This document shows positions 55,901 to 64,000 of a stretch of DNA of 64,000 nucleotides, piece after piece. Positions within the stretch are counted from its first letter, which is position 1. The number at the start of each line of letters is the position of its first letter. This DNA comes from an uncultured Clostridia bacterium (GTDB lineage Bacteria > Bacillota > Clostridia > Christensenellales > CAG-314), in contig CANRHN010000002.1 of assembly GCA_947630425.1 (NCBI GenBank), forward strand, positions 33,392 through 97,391, in the 5' to 3' direction. The position numbers and the translations under genes are program-made. The notes beneath the pieces are model-generated. The model did no database searches. It was not told where the DNA came from and saw only the letters and a list, made by a program, of their open reading frames with translations.

Positions 55901-58723
55901 ATGACAAAAAAACGTATAATAGCAATATTGCTGTGCTTGGTTTTGGCGTTCAGTTTGGCACTTGCCGCATGTAAAGACGTGCCTGTGACGCCGCCGACTC
56001 CATCGGACGACGATCCACCGTCGCCACCCCCTGCACACAAACACTCTTACAGTCAGGTTTGGAGTAGCGACGAGCAGTACCATTGGCACGAAGCTACATG
56101 CGAACACACCAATCTGAAGGGTAGCTTCGGTCAGCATACAATTGTAAAGGACGTATGCACAACATGCGGAAAAACCTTCTTCAAGGAGCAGGAAGGCTTT
56201 GAAGTACATCCGTACGAAGAGCCGAAAGTGCCGGAAATAGTTATGCCCGCCGTTCCGACGGTAAGCACTCCGCATCTTGCCCTTCATTACCGTCGCAATG
56301 ACGAACAGACCTACAAAACCTGGGGCTACTGGGTGTGGGCTGACGGTGCCGATGGTGTGTTGTACAACATTCAGTATCAGGACGATTTCGGTAGCGTAAC
56401 GTTGATAGACCTTGCTCCTCTTGGCGGACCCAACGCGACTGTCGGTATTATCCCTCGTTTGCAAGCAAGTTGGGTAAAGGATGGAGATGTGGATAGATTT
56501 ATTGTTCCGAGCGAATACACGCTTTCAGACAATTGCTATCACGTATACCTTGTTGAAGGGGACATTGTTATGCATCACCGTGAAGATGAAATAAATTTCA
56601 ACACATCTGCCAAGTTTGACGCGGTCGATCACATCGAAATGACGTTTGCAACACCTGTCAACCATGTTGAGGTGTACGAGGAAGAAACGTTGTTGCAGAA
56701 AGGTGACATTGATGAGGCTGTTCTGGTCGGCTACAAATTGGAAGGTGAAGCAGATCTTACCAAGGAGTACAAGGTTAAAGCAACCTTCTCCACCGGAGAA
56801 ACAAAGGAAATGACAGTGTCTATTACCGCGCTTTACGATACCGAACAATTCGACGAACAGTTCAACTACGAGGGAGACGACCTCGGAGCGACAATCAGCG
56901 GCAATTCCACAACCTTCAAGGTGTGGTCTCCCGTCTCGACGCAAATCACATTGAACGTTTACAATGAGGGAACGGGCGGATCTGCCGCTACCTACCCGAT
57001 GGAAAAGGGCGAAAAGGGTGTTTGGGCATTTACCGTACAGGAAAATCTTGCAGGTAAGTACTATACCTACACCGTTGTCAATCCTTCTTACCCCAACGGA
57101 GCGGAAATAGTCGATCCCTATGCCAAGAGCGCGGGACAAAGCGGCGTTCGCGGCATGGTAGTCAACTTCGACTCCGACTCGGCAAAGCCCACTGGTTGGG
57201 ACAGCATTCAGCCCAAAGCTTACAGTCCCAACGAGCTTACCGTTTGGGAAACGCACGTTGCGGACGTCACATCATCGTCGACCTGGGGCGGCACGGCAAA
57301 CAAAGCCAAAACCTTCCTTGGCATGATTGAACCGAACACCACGTACGAAAAGAACGGCACGACTGTCAAGACGGGATTTGACCACATCGTCGAACTCGGC
57401 GTCAATGCCGTACAGCTTGTGCCCATCTTCGACCAAGCCAACGACGAATCCAACATGAGCTTCAATTGGGGCTACAATCCCTTGAACTACAACGTGCTTG
57501 AGGGCGGTTATTCTTCCGACCCGACAGACGGTTATGCACGTATCAAGGAGTTCCGTCAGCTTGTTCAGGCATTTAACGAGAAGGGTATCAACATCATCAT
57601 GGACGTGGTGTACAACCATGTAAGTAGTGCGTCCGGCTCCAACTTCGACGTGTTGATGCCCGGTTACTACTTCCGTTACGACCAAAGCGGCATGCTTTCC
57701 AACGGATCGGGTTGCGGCAACGAAACGGCAAGTGAGCGCGCAATGATGCGCAAGTTTATCATAGATTCCGTGTGCTTCTGGGCAAAGACCTACAAGCTGG
57801 GAGGCTTCCGTTTCGACCTTATGGGCTTGCATGACATTGAAACTATGAATCAGGTCGTTGTTGCCCTCAAAAAGATAAACCCCAACATCATCGTCTATGG
57901 CGAGCCTTGGACGGGCGGAACAACCATTTTGTCCTCCGAACAACAGGCAGTTCAGGTAAATGCAAACAGCTTTGAGGGCTTTGCTCAATTCAACGATCAA
58001 ATGCGCGACGCGCTCATCAAAGGCGGTCTTTCGGGCGCAAGCGAGCTTGGTTGGGCAACAGGCGGAAGCTACAATGCCAACATTGAAAACGGCTTGAAAG
58101 GCTACACCGGTCCGACCATCCAGGATATGTTCAAGACGGTCAACTACGTTACCTGCCACGACAATTACACTTTGGCAGACCGCGTCGTAGCTACGGGAAA
58201 AGCTGAGGACAAAGCAAAGAAAGCGATGCTCGCAAACTCGGTGGTGTTCACAAGCAACGGTATAACCTTTATGCTTGCGGGCGAGGAGTTTTTGCGTAGC
58301 AAAGGCGATCTTGCAACGGACGACAAAAACGATACAACTTCCGAGGCGGTGCACAACAGTTACCAATCCAGCTATCAGATGAACTCGCTGAACTACGAGC
58401 TCAAAATCACCAATGCGGACATGTTTGCAAACTATCAAAAGCTTATCGCTTTCAAACAGAAGTTCGTAAAGGATTTCGACTTGACGACAAACGAAAAGGT
58501 CGATGAGCTGTACACCGTTGAAACCATTGACAAAAATTCCGTTGTTGTCGTAACAATAAAGGCAACCAACGGAACGATCTGGAAGGTGGCGCATTGCGGT
58601 CCCAAGGGAGGTTCTACTGTTGACTTTGGCGGTTACACAGTGTACCTCGACACCATAGGTAACACAACCTTGAGCGCGTCCACCACAATGCAAGCATACC
58701 AAACGATTATTGCAAAAAAGTAA
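55901..58723 (+). CDS. pulA: Type I pullulanase (GH13 with CBM41-like and CBM48-like modules), lipoprotein
   Basis: The lipobox is LALAAC. LALHYRRNDEQTYKTWGYWVW (CBM41-like), TFKVWSP (CBM48-like), FNWGYNPLNY, IMDVVYNH, GGFRFDLMG, YGEPW and YVTCHDN are present. Confidence 0.9.
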   Translation: MTKKRIIAILLCLVLAFSLALAACKDVPVTPPTPSDDDPPSPPPAHKHSYSQVWSSDEQYHWHEATCEHTNLKGSFGQHTIVKDVCTTCGKTFFKEQEGFEVHPYEEPKVPEIVMPAVPTVSTPHLALHYRRNDEQTYKTWGYWVWADGADGVLYNIQYQDDFGSVTLIDLAPLGGPNATVGIIPRLQASWVKDGDVDRFIVPSEYTLSDNCYHVYLVEGDIVMHHREDEINFNTSAKFDAVDHIEMTFATPVNHVEVYEEETLLQKGDIDEAVLVGYKLEGEADLTKEYKVKATFSTGETKEMTVSITALYDTEQFDEQFNYEGDDLGATISGNSTTFKVWSPVSTQITLNVYNEGTGGSAATYPMEKGEKGVWAFTVQENLAGKYYTYTVVNPSYPNGAEIVDPYAKSAGQSGVRGMVVNFDSDSAKPTGWDSIQPKAYSPNELTVWETHVADVTSSSTWGGTANKAKTFLGMIEPNTTYEKNGTTVKTGFDHIVELGVNAVQLVPIFDQANDESNMSFNWGYNPLNYNVLEGGYSSDPTDGYARIKEFRQLVQAFNEKGINIIMDVVYNHVSSASGSNFDVLMPGYYFRYDQSGMLSNGSGCGNETASERAMMRKFIIDSVCFWAKTYKLGGFRFDLMGLHDIETMNQVVVALKKINPNIIVYGEPWTGGTTILSSEQQAVQVNANSFEGFAQFNDQMRDALIKGGLSGASELGWATGGSYNANIENGLKGYTGPTIQDMFKTVNYVTCHDNYTLADRVVATGKAEDKAKKAMLANSVVFTSNGITFMLAGEEFLRSKGDLATDDKNDTTSEAVHNSYQSSYQMNSLNYELKITNADMFANYQKLIAFKQKFVKDFDLTTNEKVDELYTVETIDKNSVVVVTIKATNGTIWKVAHCGPKGGSTVDFGGYTVYLDTIGNTTLSASTTMQAYQTIIAKK

Positions 58724-58730
58724 CCCTTTG

Positions 58731-58766
58731 CCACAGCTACACAGAAGCAATTTTGTGTAGTTGTGG
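58731..58766 (+). other. 13-bp-stem hairpin between the two pullulanase genes (no T-run)
   Basis: ccacagctacaca-gaagcaattt-tgtgtagttgtgg, with one G-U pair. Confidence 0.4.
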
Positions 58767-58818
58767 TTGCAAGCTCTAAACATCAAAGTTGACTTTATCA
58801 GTCAAGAAAGAGGTAATT

Positions 58819-61731
58819 ATGAAATTAAAAAACATTATTGTTGCGTTGCTGTGTGTTTTGTTTATGTTCAGTTTGACATTGACCGCATGCGACAAAACAG
58901 AAAAACACGTCTGTGAAAGTCAGTGTCCGCTGTGTTACGGCTGCACCGATCTCGAATGTACCGATGACGCTTGCCGTGTAAAATGTTTAGGACACACTTC
59001 TACGGGCGAGGATCACACTCACACGTACAGCAAGGAGTGGGCATGGGACTCGACAGATCACTGGCATCCTGCCGACTGCGGGCATGATTTGAAACAGGGT
59101 GTAGAACCTCATACACTCGATGAAAACGGTTACTGCTCGGTTTGTGAACATCAAATATTCTCCAAATCAGGTAGTTGGACCATTTATTCTGCCACAGGCA
59201 GTGCGGACGACAGCATAACAATGCCCGCCGCTCCCGCATCCTACCCCGCAGGAAGCATTGTTCTTCACTATCGTCGTATCAAGTCCACCGATTACCCCCA
59301 TTGGGGATTTTGGCTGTGGAAAGTAGGCGCTGAAGGAACGCGCTACAAGCTGCAGTATCAGGACGATTTCGGCGGAATAACTGTAGTAGCGGCGTCAGAG
59401 TTGGGCGGTGAAAATGCAAAAATAGGCATCATTCCCATTGACGATGACATAACTTCCTCGGGAAGTTGGTACATGAAGGATTCTGCGGGAGTTGACCGTC
59501 TCCTTATTCCCGAAGATTACAAGCAGAGTGACGGTTGCTATCACATCTATATGATAGAGGGCGACAGCAAAACTTACAAAACCGCCCAAGAAAGCAACTA
59601 TCAAACGCTTAACTTTGGCGTGACGGCTTCCTTTAAGGACAGAACCAACATAGACATTTCCTTTGCGACTCCTGTTACCAATGTTCAGATATTGGAGAAC
59701 GACGTTTTGTTGGGAGAGTGGAGCGACGGCGGCAATGCCGCGGGACGCGTTGGCTTTGAGATGGACCATGATGCCATAATCAGCGGAAGATACTCCGTCA
59801 AAGCAACCTTTGTAAAGGACACCAAGTTGGTGGAGAGCGGTGTAGACATTCGCGTTTTCTACGATTTGGCGGAATTTGCAAACGCGTACTATTATGAAGG
59901 CAATGACCTCGGCGCGACATTGGGAGAAAATTCCACAACCTTCAAGGTGTGGTCGCCCGTTTCACAGAAAATCGTTCTCAATTTGTACAATGAGGGCGAT
60001 GGTGGAACAGCTTTTGAAACTCACCCCATGGAATTGGGCGACTACGGTGTTTGGGAGTACACCGCAAACACGCGTCTTGCAGGCAAGTACTACACTTACA
60101 CTGTCTATAACGCCAAGTCTACAGGTGGAACGGAAGTTATAGATCCCTATGCCAAGAGCGCGGGTCTCAATGGTCTGAGAGGCATGATAGTCAACTTTGC
60201 TGCCAAAGAGCTAACTCCCGACGGCTGGGATGAAGTGGAAGTCAACCCCTACAGCGAAAACGAATTGGTAGTGTGGGAAACGCACGTTGCGGATGTCACC
60301 TCATCACCGACTTGGGGCGGCACGGCAAGCAAAGCCAAAACATACCTTGGTATGATAGAATCAGGTACAACGTACGAAAGTAACGGCACGACTGTTTCTA
60401 CGGGATTTGACCACATTGTCGAACTCGGCGTAAACGCCGTGCAGCTTGTGCCCATCTTCGACCAAGCCAACGAGGAAGATGAACAGTACCGTTCTTTCAA
60501 CTGGGGCTACAATCCCTTAAACTACAACGTACTCGAAGGCAGTTACTCTTCCGACCCGACAAACGGTTACACCCGCATCAAGGAATTCCGTCAATTGGTT
60601 CAGGCATTTAACGAGAAGGGTATCAACATCATCATGGACGTGGTGTACAATCACGTAAACGATGCAAGTTCGTCCAACTTTGAAGTGCTTATGCCCGGTT
60701 ACTACTTCCGTCATAACGCCACAGGCGCGCTCAGCAACGGTTCCGGCTGCGGCAACGACACGATGAGCGAACGCCCGATGTTCCAAAAGTTTATGATAGA
60801 TTCCGTTACTTTCTGGGCGGAAACTTACAAACTTGGCGGCTTCCGTTTTGACATCATGGGCTTGCACGACATTGAAACGATGAACAAACTTACTCAAGCT
60901 GTTCGTCAGGTAAACGAAAACATTGTTCTCTACGGCGAAGCTTGGGGAAGCAACAGTGCTGCGACCAATTCTTCCGTGCCTCTTGCTTGCCAATCCAACG
61001 CAAGCCTGTTTGCGGACAGACTTGGTCAGTTCAACGATCAGATGAGAGACCAAGTGCTTAAGTTCGCATCGGGAAGCACAAATGATATCCACGATGACAG
61101 AATTTTGCAAGGCTTCAAGGGACAAACCACCGCCTATACCAACGATTTGTTCAAGACCCTCAACTATGTGACATGCCATGATGGATTCACTCTGTACGAC
61201 GATTTCCAATTCAACACCAGCATTCGTACGACAGGTTCGCAAGCTCATCGCAAGGAATGCTCAATGCTTGCCAATTCGATGATTTTGACCAGCAACGGCA
61301 TCAGCTTTGTTCTTGCAGGCGAGGAATTGTTGCGTAGCAAGGTGGATCTTGGTGCGGTAGGCGATCAACAGCACAACTCCTACAACGCTCCTTACGAAGT
61401 GAACGCTTTGGACTACAGCCGCAAGATACAGTACAAAGACGTATTCGAGAACTACAAAAAGCTGATTGCGTTCAAGGAAAGATTTGTAAAAGACTTCGGC
61501 TTGACCTCTAACGAGGCGGTCGCAAGCAAGTACAGCGTGCAACACAGCGGCAATGTGTATATCATCACGATAAACACCGGCAGCAATGGCACTTACGTGA
61601 TAGCCCACGCAGGACCTCAAGGCGGCACGGCAAGCGCGCTCAGCGGCTGCACGTACGACTTCAGCACCACAAGGACGTCCGGTATCAACAGCACCTTGGA
61701 ACCCTACGAAACAGTGGTGGGACACAAATAA
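58819..61731 (+). CDS. pulA: Type I pullulanase paralogue, lipoprotein
   Basis: The RBS agaggt is upstream. The lipobox is LTLTAC. It has the same GH13/CBM41/CBM48 motifs as the upstream gene, including FNWGYNPLNY, IMDVVYNH, GGFRFDIMG, YGEAW and YVTCHD. Confidence 0.9.
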   Translation: MKLKNIIVALLCVLFMFSLTLTACDKTEKHVCESQCPLCYGCTDLECTDDACRVKCLGHTSTGEDHTHTYSKEWAWDSTDHWHPADCGHDLKQGVEPHTLDENGYCSVCEHQIFSKSGSWTIYSATGSADDSITMPAAPASYPAGSIVLHYRRIKSTDYPHWGFWLWKVGAEGTRYKLQYQDDFGGITVVAASELGGENAKIGIIPIDDDITSSGSWYMKDSAGVDRLLIPEDYKQSDGCYHIYMIEGDSKTYKTAQESNYQTLNFGVTASFKDRTNIDISFATPVTNVQILENDVLLGEWSDGGNAAGRVGFEMDHDAIISGRYSVKATFVKDTKLVESGVDIRVFYDLAEFANAYYYEGNDLGATLGENSTTFKVWSPVSQKIVLNLYNEGDGGTAFETHPMELGDYGVWEYTANTRLAGKYYTYTVYNAKSTGGTEVIDPYAKSAGLNGLRGMIVNFAAKELTPDGWDEVEVNPYSENELVVWETHVADVTSSPTWGGTASKAKTYLGMIESGTTYESNGTTVSTGFDHIVELGVNAVQLVPIFDQANEEDEQYRSFNWGYNPLNYNVLEGSYSSDPTNGYTRIKEFRQLVQAFNEKGINIIMDVVYNHVNDASSSNFEVLMPGYYFRHNATGALSNGSGCGNDTMSERPMFQKFMIDSVTFWAETYKLGGFRFDIMGLHDIETMNKLTQAVRQVNENIVLYGEAWGSNSAATNSSVPLACQSNASLFADRLGQFNDQMRDQVLKFASGSTNDIHDDRILQGFKGQTTAYTNDLFKTLNYVTCHDGFTLYDDFQFNTSIRTTGSQAHRKECSMLANSMILTSNGISFVLAGEELLRSKVDLGAVGDQQHNSYNAPYEVNALDYSRKIQYKDVFENYKKLIAFKERFVKDFGLTSNEAVASKYSVQHSGNVYIITINTGSNGTYVIAHAGPQGGTASALSGCTYDFSTTRTSGINSTLEPYETVVGHK

Positions 61732-61761
61732 AAAACGACTATCGCATTTCGTTTGATCAAC

Positions 61762-61793
61762 AAAACCCCTCGGGCGTTTGCCCGAGGGGTTTT
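61762..61793. terminator. Bidirectional terminator between convergent genes
   Basis: aaaacccctcggg-cgtttg-cccgaggggtttt has a 13-bp perfect stem, with an A-run before it and a T-run after it. Confidence 0.7.
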
Positions 61794-61865
61794 GCTACAC
61801 GGTAAAGAAAAAGGAGAGAAACAATCAACGCAAAGTATTCTGCAAAATTTTTTGGTAAAAAACGC

Positions 61866-64000
61866 TCAACGCACTTTTACACGCTTACACTTTTGACACG
61901 TCAATTCTATTCCGGTCAAATCAACATCGGCAAACAGGGCGTCCCACATTTCTCTTGTACCTTTGTAAACAACGGTTTTGAGTTTACGAAAAACAGGACC
62001 GTCGTAACTACTGCTTTTTTCCGTAAAAATGTCTTTAGGTAATTGCGTGATTGAGCAAGGTATTGTTATTTTTTCTACTAAGGAAAAAATGTGAAACGTT
62101 TCAGGGTCAACAGCTTGTACTCCATCGGGAACAGTGAGCGAATCGCTAAACAACATTTTCAAGTAATCGGCGTAACCATAAAAAGTTTTTTCGTCTTCGC
62201 TTAAAACATATTTGCTTGTCACTTTTTTGCGAATGCCGTCACTGTCCACTATTATTCGGTATTTTAGCGGCAATTCTTCAATTTTTTGCTTTTCCTCTTC
62301 CGTTAAAGGGCAATTGAGAATTTCCATCGCCTTAAAAAAGTTGCTCTTATTGTCCACGTACGACAATCCATCATGCAGTTGGCTCATGGCATAGTTAAAA
62401 TTTTTCCAAAATCTTTTACAATCCGACAACTTCCACTCTTTCCAATCGATCAGACGTTTATAAAGCAAAGTAAGCTCTATTGGAGATATTGCAGCATAAA
62501 AATGTTCTTTTTGCTCTTTCAATTGATTCAGATATTCTCGATCGAAGCCGTAAAAGTCAAGCCCAACACAGTCGTCCCACAAATAATTTGGACCTCCCGA
62601 CAAAACCCAACGACCTCTTATCAAATCAATAAGGTAATGTAGCAAAAAGTGTTCCACCTTGTTTGCATATAACAATTGTTCTTTTCTGTTAAAAGGCTTT
62701 AGCTCTTCTAAGGTAGTATGTGACATAACATACGAATAAATTTGAGCTTGGGGGTTGTTTGCTCTTATTTCTGCCGCTTTTTGACGGCTTTCTTCTTTTG
62801 TGCGACTAATCAAATTGTATTCGTTTGGCGAGGCTTTTCGTTGATAACGCAAAATTTCTTGCAGCGTTTGTGTTCGTCGTGCAATGTCGTCCAATTCATA
62901 TTCCTTGATGTGATGTATGTCAAGCCACTCCTTCCCTCGGCGTGTTGGATTGCAATCGTAATCCCTATCTACCCCACCGTATTTTTTTTGAAGATAAACA
63001 CATACGGAAGTATAAAGCCTCATTGCCTCTTCTTCGGAATTCATAGGCAAGGATTTTATTTTTTCTACCATATCACAATCATTACTGATTTGATCAGAGA
63101 ACACCTTATGTTCAACTTGGTGCATTTGCCACTGTACAAATTCCGAGAAATGTTCAGACAGCCGAACCAACGTACGCCACGAACAAGTGTTTGGGTTTGA
63201 CGCAAAGTACTCGATTAGCTTTTGACAATTATCGTCATTTTGAAACAGTTGCGTGGGAATTCTGAAATAAAAGAGATTGTCTTTTTTTAATAATTCTGCC
63301 ATGCCCTCGTCTGACGTATAGCACTCGATTAGTTTTTTGACATAAGCTTCGTTTTGAAGTATCTGCTCAGGAACACGAAAGTAAATCAAACTTTTGTCCA
63401 CAGGTAATTCTGTTATAACATTATTCCACATTTCCGCTGTTGTATATTTTTCCGGAATGAACTGTATGGATTTTTTGTTTTGACGAAATGCAATATCGCA
63501 AACAGACTCGCTGCGTTTGTAATCGGGGATATACCATAGTGCAAGCCCGTCAACAGACACTGCCAATTTGACAAGTTCCGCTGTTTGCATTTTTTTGGGA
63601 AGACAACTGATGTTATACGGATAGGATTTTATTGCAAGATACAGGTTGTCTTTAGTCCACAGTTCTTTTGGCACGTAGTTTAGGGGGCGTATGTCATTAA
63701 CGACGGTTGGGTGATTGCACGATAAAGCAATTTTAACGATTTTGTCAGTTATCAAATTTTTCGGTACATATCGTATTGCGCCGCCATCCTGTTGTACAGC
63801 AATCAGACACCTATCTTCGGTTCGTTTTTTCATCGGAAGGTATTTTAATGCCATTCCGCATTGAGACAATGCAGTTCTGACAATATCGTTTGACATCCAT
63901 TTTCCCGCTATATATTGCAGACAGCGACCATCAACAGCCACAGCTTGTGCAACCAGCGAAGCAGTTTGATCCGCCTTGTCAATGGCAGCAAAATTGTTTA
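61866..64000 (-). CDS. Large low-GC protein (N-terminus outside the window): DUF4116-like repeats, central HNH-like His motif pair, C-terminal LRR-like segment
   Basis: The frame stays open from the GTG at 63941 to the window edge, and the upstream residues ..NNFAAIDKADQTASLVAQA continue the repeat pattern. Repeats of the type ..CGMALKYLP.., ..GGAIRYVP.., ..GLALWYIP.., ..KSIQFIP.. are present. DIHHIKE and NKVEHFLLH lie centrally. The C-terminal segment ..LVEKITIPCSITQLPKDIF.. resembles a BspA-type LRR. Confidence 0.75.
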   Translation of the reverse strand, partial: NNFAAIDKADQTASLVAQAVAVDGRCLQYIAGKWMSNDIVRTALSQCGMALKYLPMKKRTEDRCLIAVQQDGGAIRYVPKNLITDKIVKIALSCNHPTVVNDIRPLNYVPKELWTKDNLYLAIKSYPYNISCLPKKMQTAELVKLAVSVDGLALWYIPDYKRSESVCDIAFRQNKKSIQFIPEKYTTAEMWNNVITELPVDKSLIYFRVPEQILQNEAYVKKLIECYTSDEGMAELLKKDNLFYFRIPTQLFQNDDNCQKLIEYFASNPNTCSWRTLVRLSEHFSEFVQWQMHQVEHKVFSDQISNDCDMVEKIKSLPMNSEEEAMRLYTSVCVYLQKKYGGVDRDYDCNPTRRGKEWLDIHHIKEYELDDIARRTQTLQEILRYQRKASPNEYNLISRTKEESRQKAAEIRANNPQAQIYSYVMSHTTLEELKPFNRKEQLLYANKVEHFLLHYLIDLIRGRWVLSGGPNYLWDDCVGLDFYGFDREYLNQLKEQKEHFYAAISPIELTLLYKRLIDWKEWKLSDCKRFWKNFNYAMSQLHDGLSYVDNKSNFFKAMEILNCPLTEEEKQKIEELPLKYRIIVDSDGIRKKVTSKYVLSEDEKTFYGYADYLKMLFSDSLTVPDGVQAVDPETFHIFSLVEKITIPCSITQLPKDIFTEKSSSYDGPVFRKLKTVVYKGTREMWDALFADVDLTGIELTCQKCKRVKVR

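Noticed and set aside
52247-58786. A series of long minus-strand ORFs (52247-54193, 54230-55789 and 57272-58786) across the GH13, MalK and pullulanase genes. Similar ones lie over spoIIE (43382-45043), tilS (26035-27330), the permeases (49954-52325) and ung (20561-21307).
   Set aside because: Each is antisense to a gene identified by multiple catalytic motifs. None has a motif, RBS or signal of its own.
55901-61731. The two pullulanase genes as an assembly duplication artefact.
   Set aside because: The copies differ substantially outside the catalytic core. They have different N-terminal Cys-rich regions, different lengths (940 versus 970 aa) and many substitutions, so they are genuine paralogues.
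1-64000. rRNA, tRNA, CRISPR arrays, prophage structural genes, toxin-antitoxin pairs and known multi-gene defence systems.
   Set aside because: I did not see tRNA-like cloverleaf candidates, spaced repeat arrays or recognisable marker proteins in any intergenic region or ORF. Absence judged by eye is not proof, and tRNAscan, Infernal and DefenseFinder should be run.

Overview
This 64-kb window looks like it comes from a spore-forming Firmicute, probably Clostridia-like. That is inferred from spoIIE, spmA/spmB, rpsF-ssb-rpsR, metG-tatD-queH and rsmA-tilS. GC is roughly 50-55% from hand counts of sample lines. Layout: (1) 1-19.4 kb holds a 5'-truncated giant surface protein (more than 5,617 aa, about 45 MBG/YDG-like repeats, C-terminal membrane anchor). 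It is followed 20 nt later by an 845-aa membrane-anchored protein with five Ig-like repeats. (2) 19.6-29.1 kb is housekeeping: a DUF1858 redox protein, ung, a MacB-type fused ABC transporter, rpsF-ssb-rpsR, rsmA, tilS, an M14 peptidase and a PHP phosphatase. (3) 29.4-37.3 kb starts with a strongly promoted small membrane ORF. A tight four-gene operon of unknown function follows: a YwaF/TMEM164-like membrane domain fused to an ABC ATPase, a polytopic permease-like protein, a small signal-anchored protein and an 841-aa lipoprotein. (4) 37.25-38.63 kb is a lower-GC single-gene AAA+ (DUF4143-type) cassette. A 26-bp perfect direct repeat brackets it, and each copy is itself a terminator hairpin. 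(5) 38.6-46.9 kb carries queH, tatD, metG, spmAB, spoIIE, a stand-alone GlmU acetyltransferase domain and an Sfp-type PPTase. (6) 47.0-61.7 kb is a starch/maltodextrin utilisation locus in which every extracytoplasmic component is a lipoprotein. It includes two tandem type I pullulanases that share an unusual Cys/His-rich N-terminal module, and a MalK/MsmX ATPase with a roughly 260-aa C-terminal extension. (7) 61.8-64.0 kb is a low-GC island encoding a truncated protein with DUF4116 repeats, an HNH-like motif and an LRR-like C-terminus. I recognised no rRNA, tRNA, CRISPR array, transposase or integrase. The best candidates for something undescribed are the 30.1-37.2 kb ABC/YwaF/lipoprotein operon, the repeat-bracketed ATPase cassette, the giant repeat protein pair and the low-GC DUF4116/HNH-like gene. 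All family assignments come from motif recognition by eye, not from searches.
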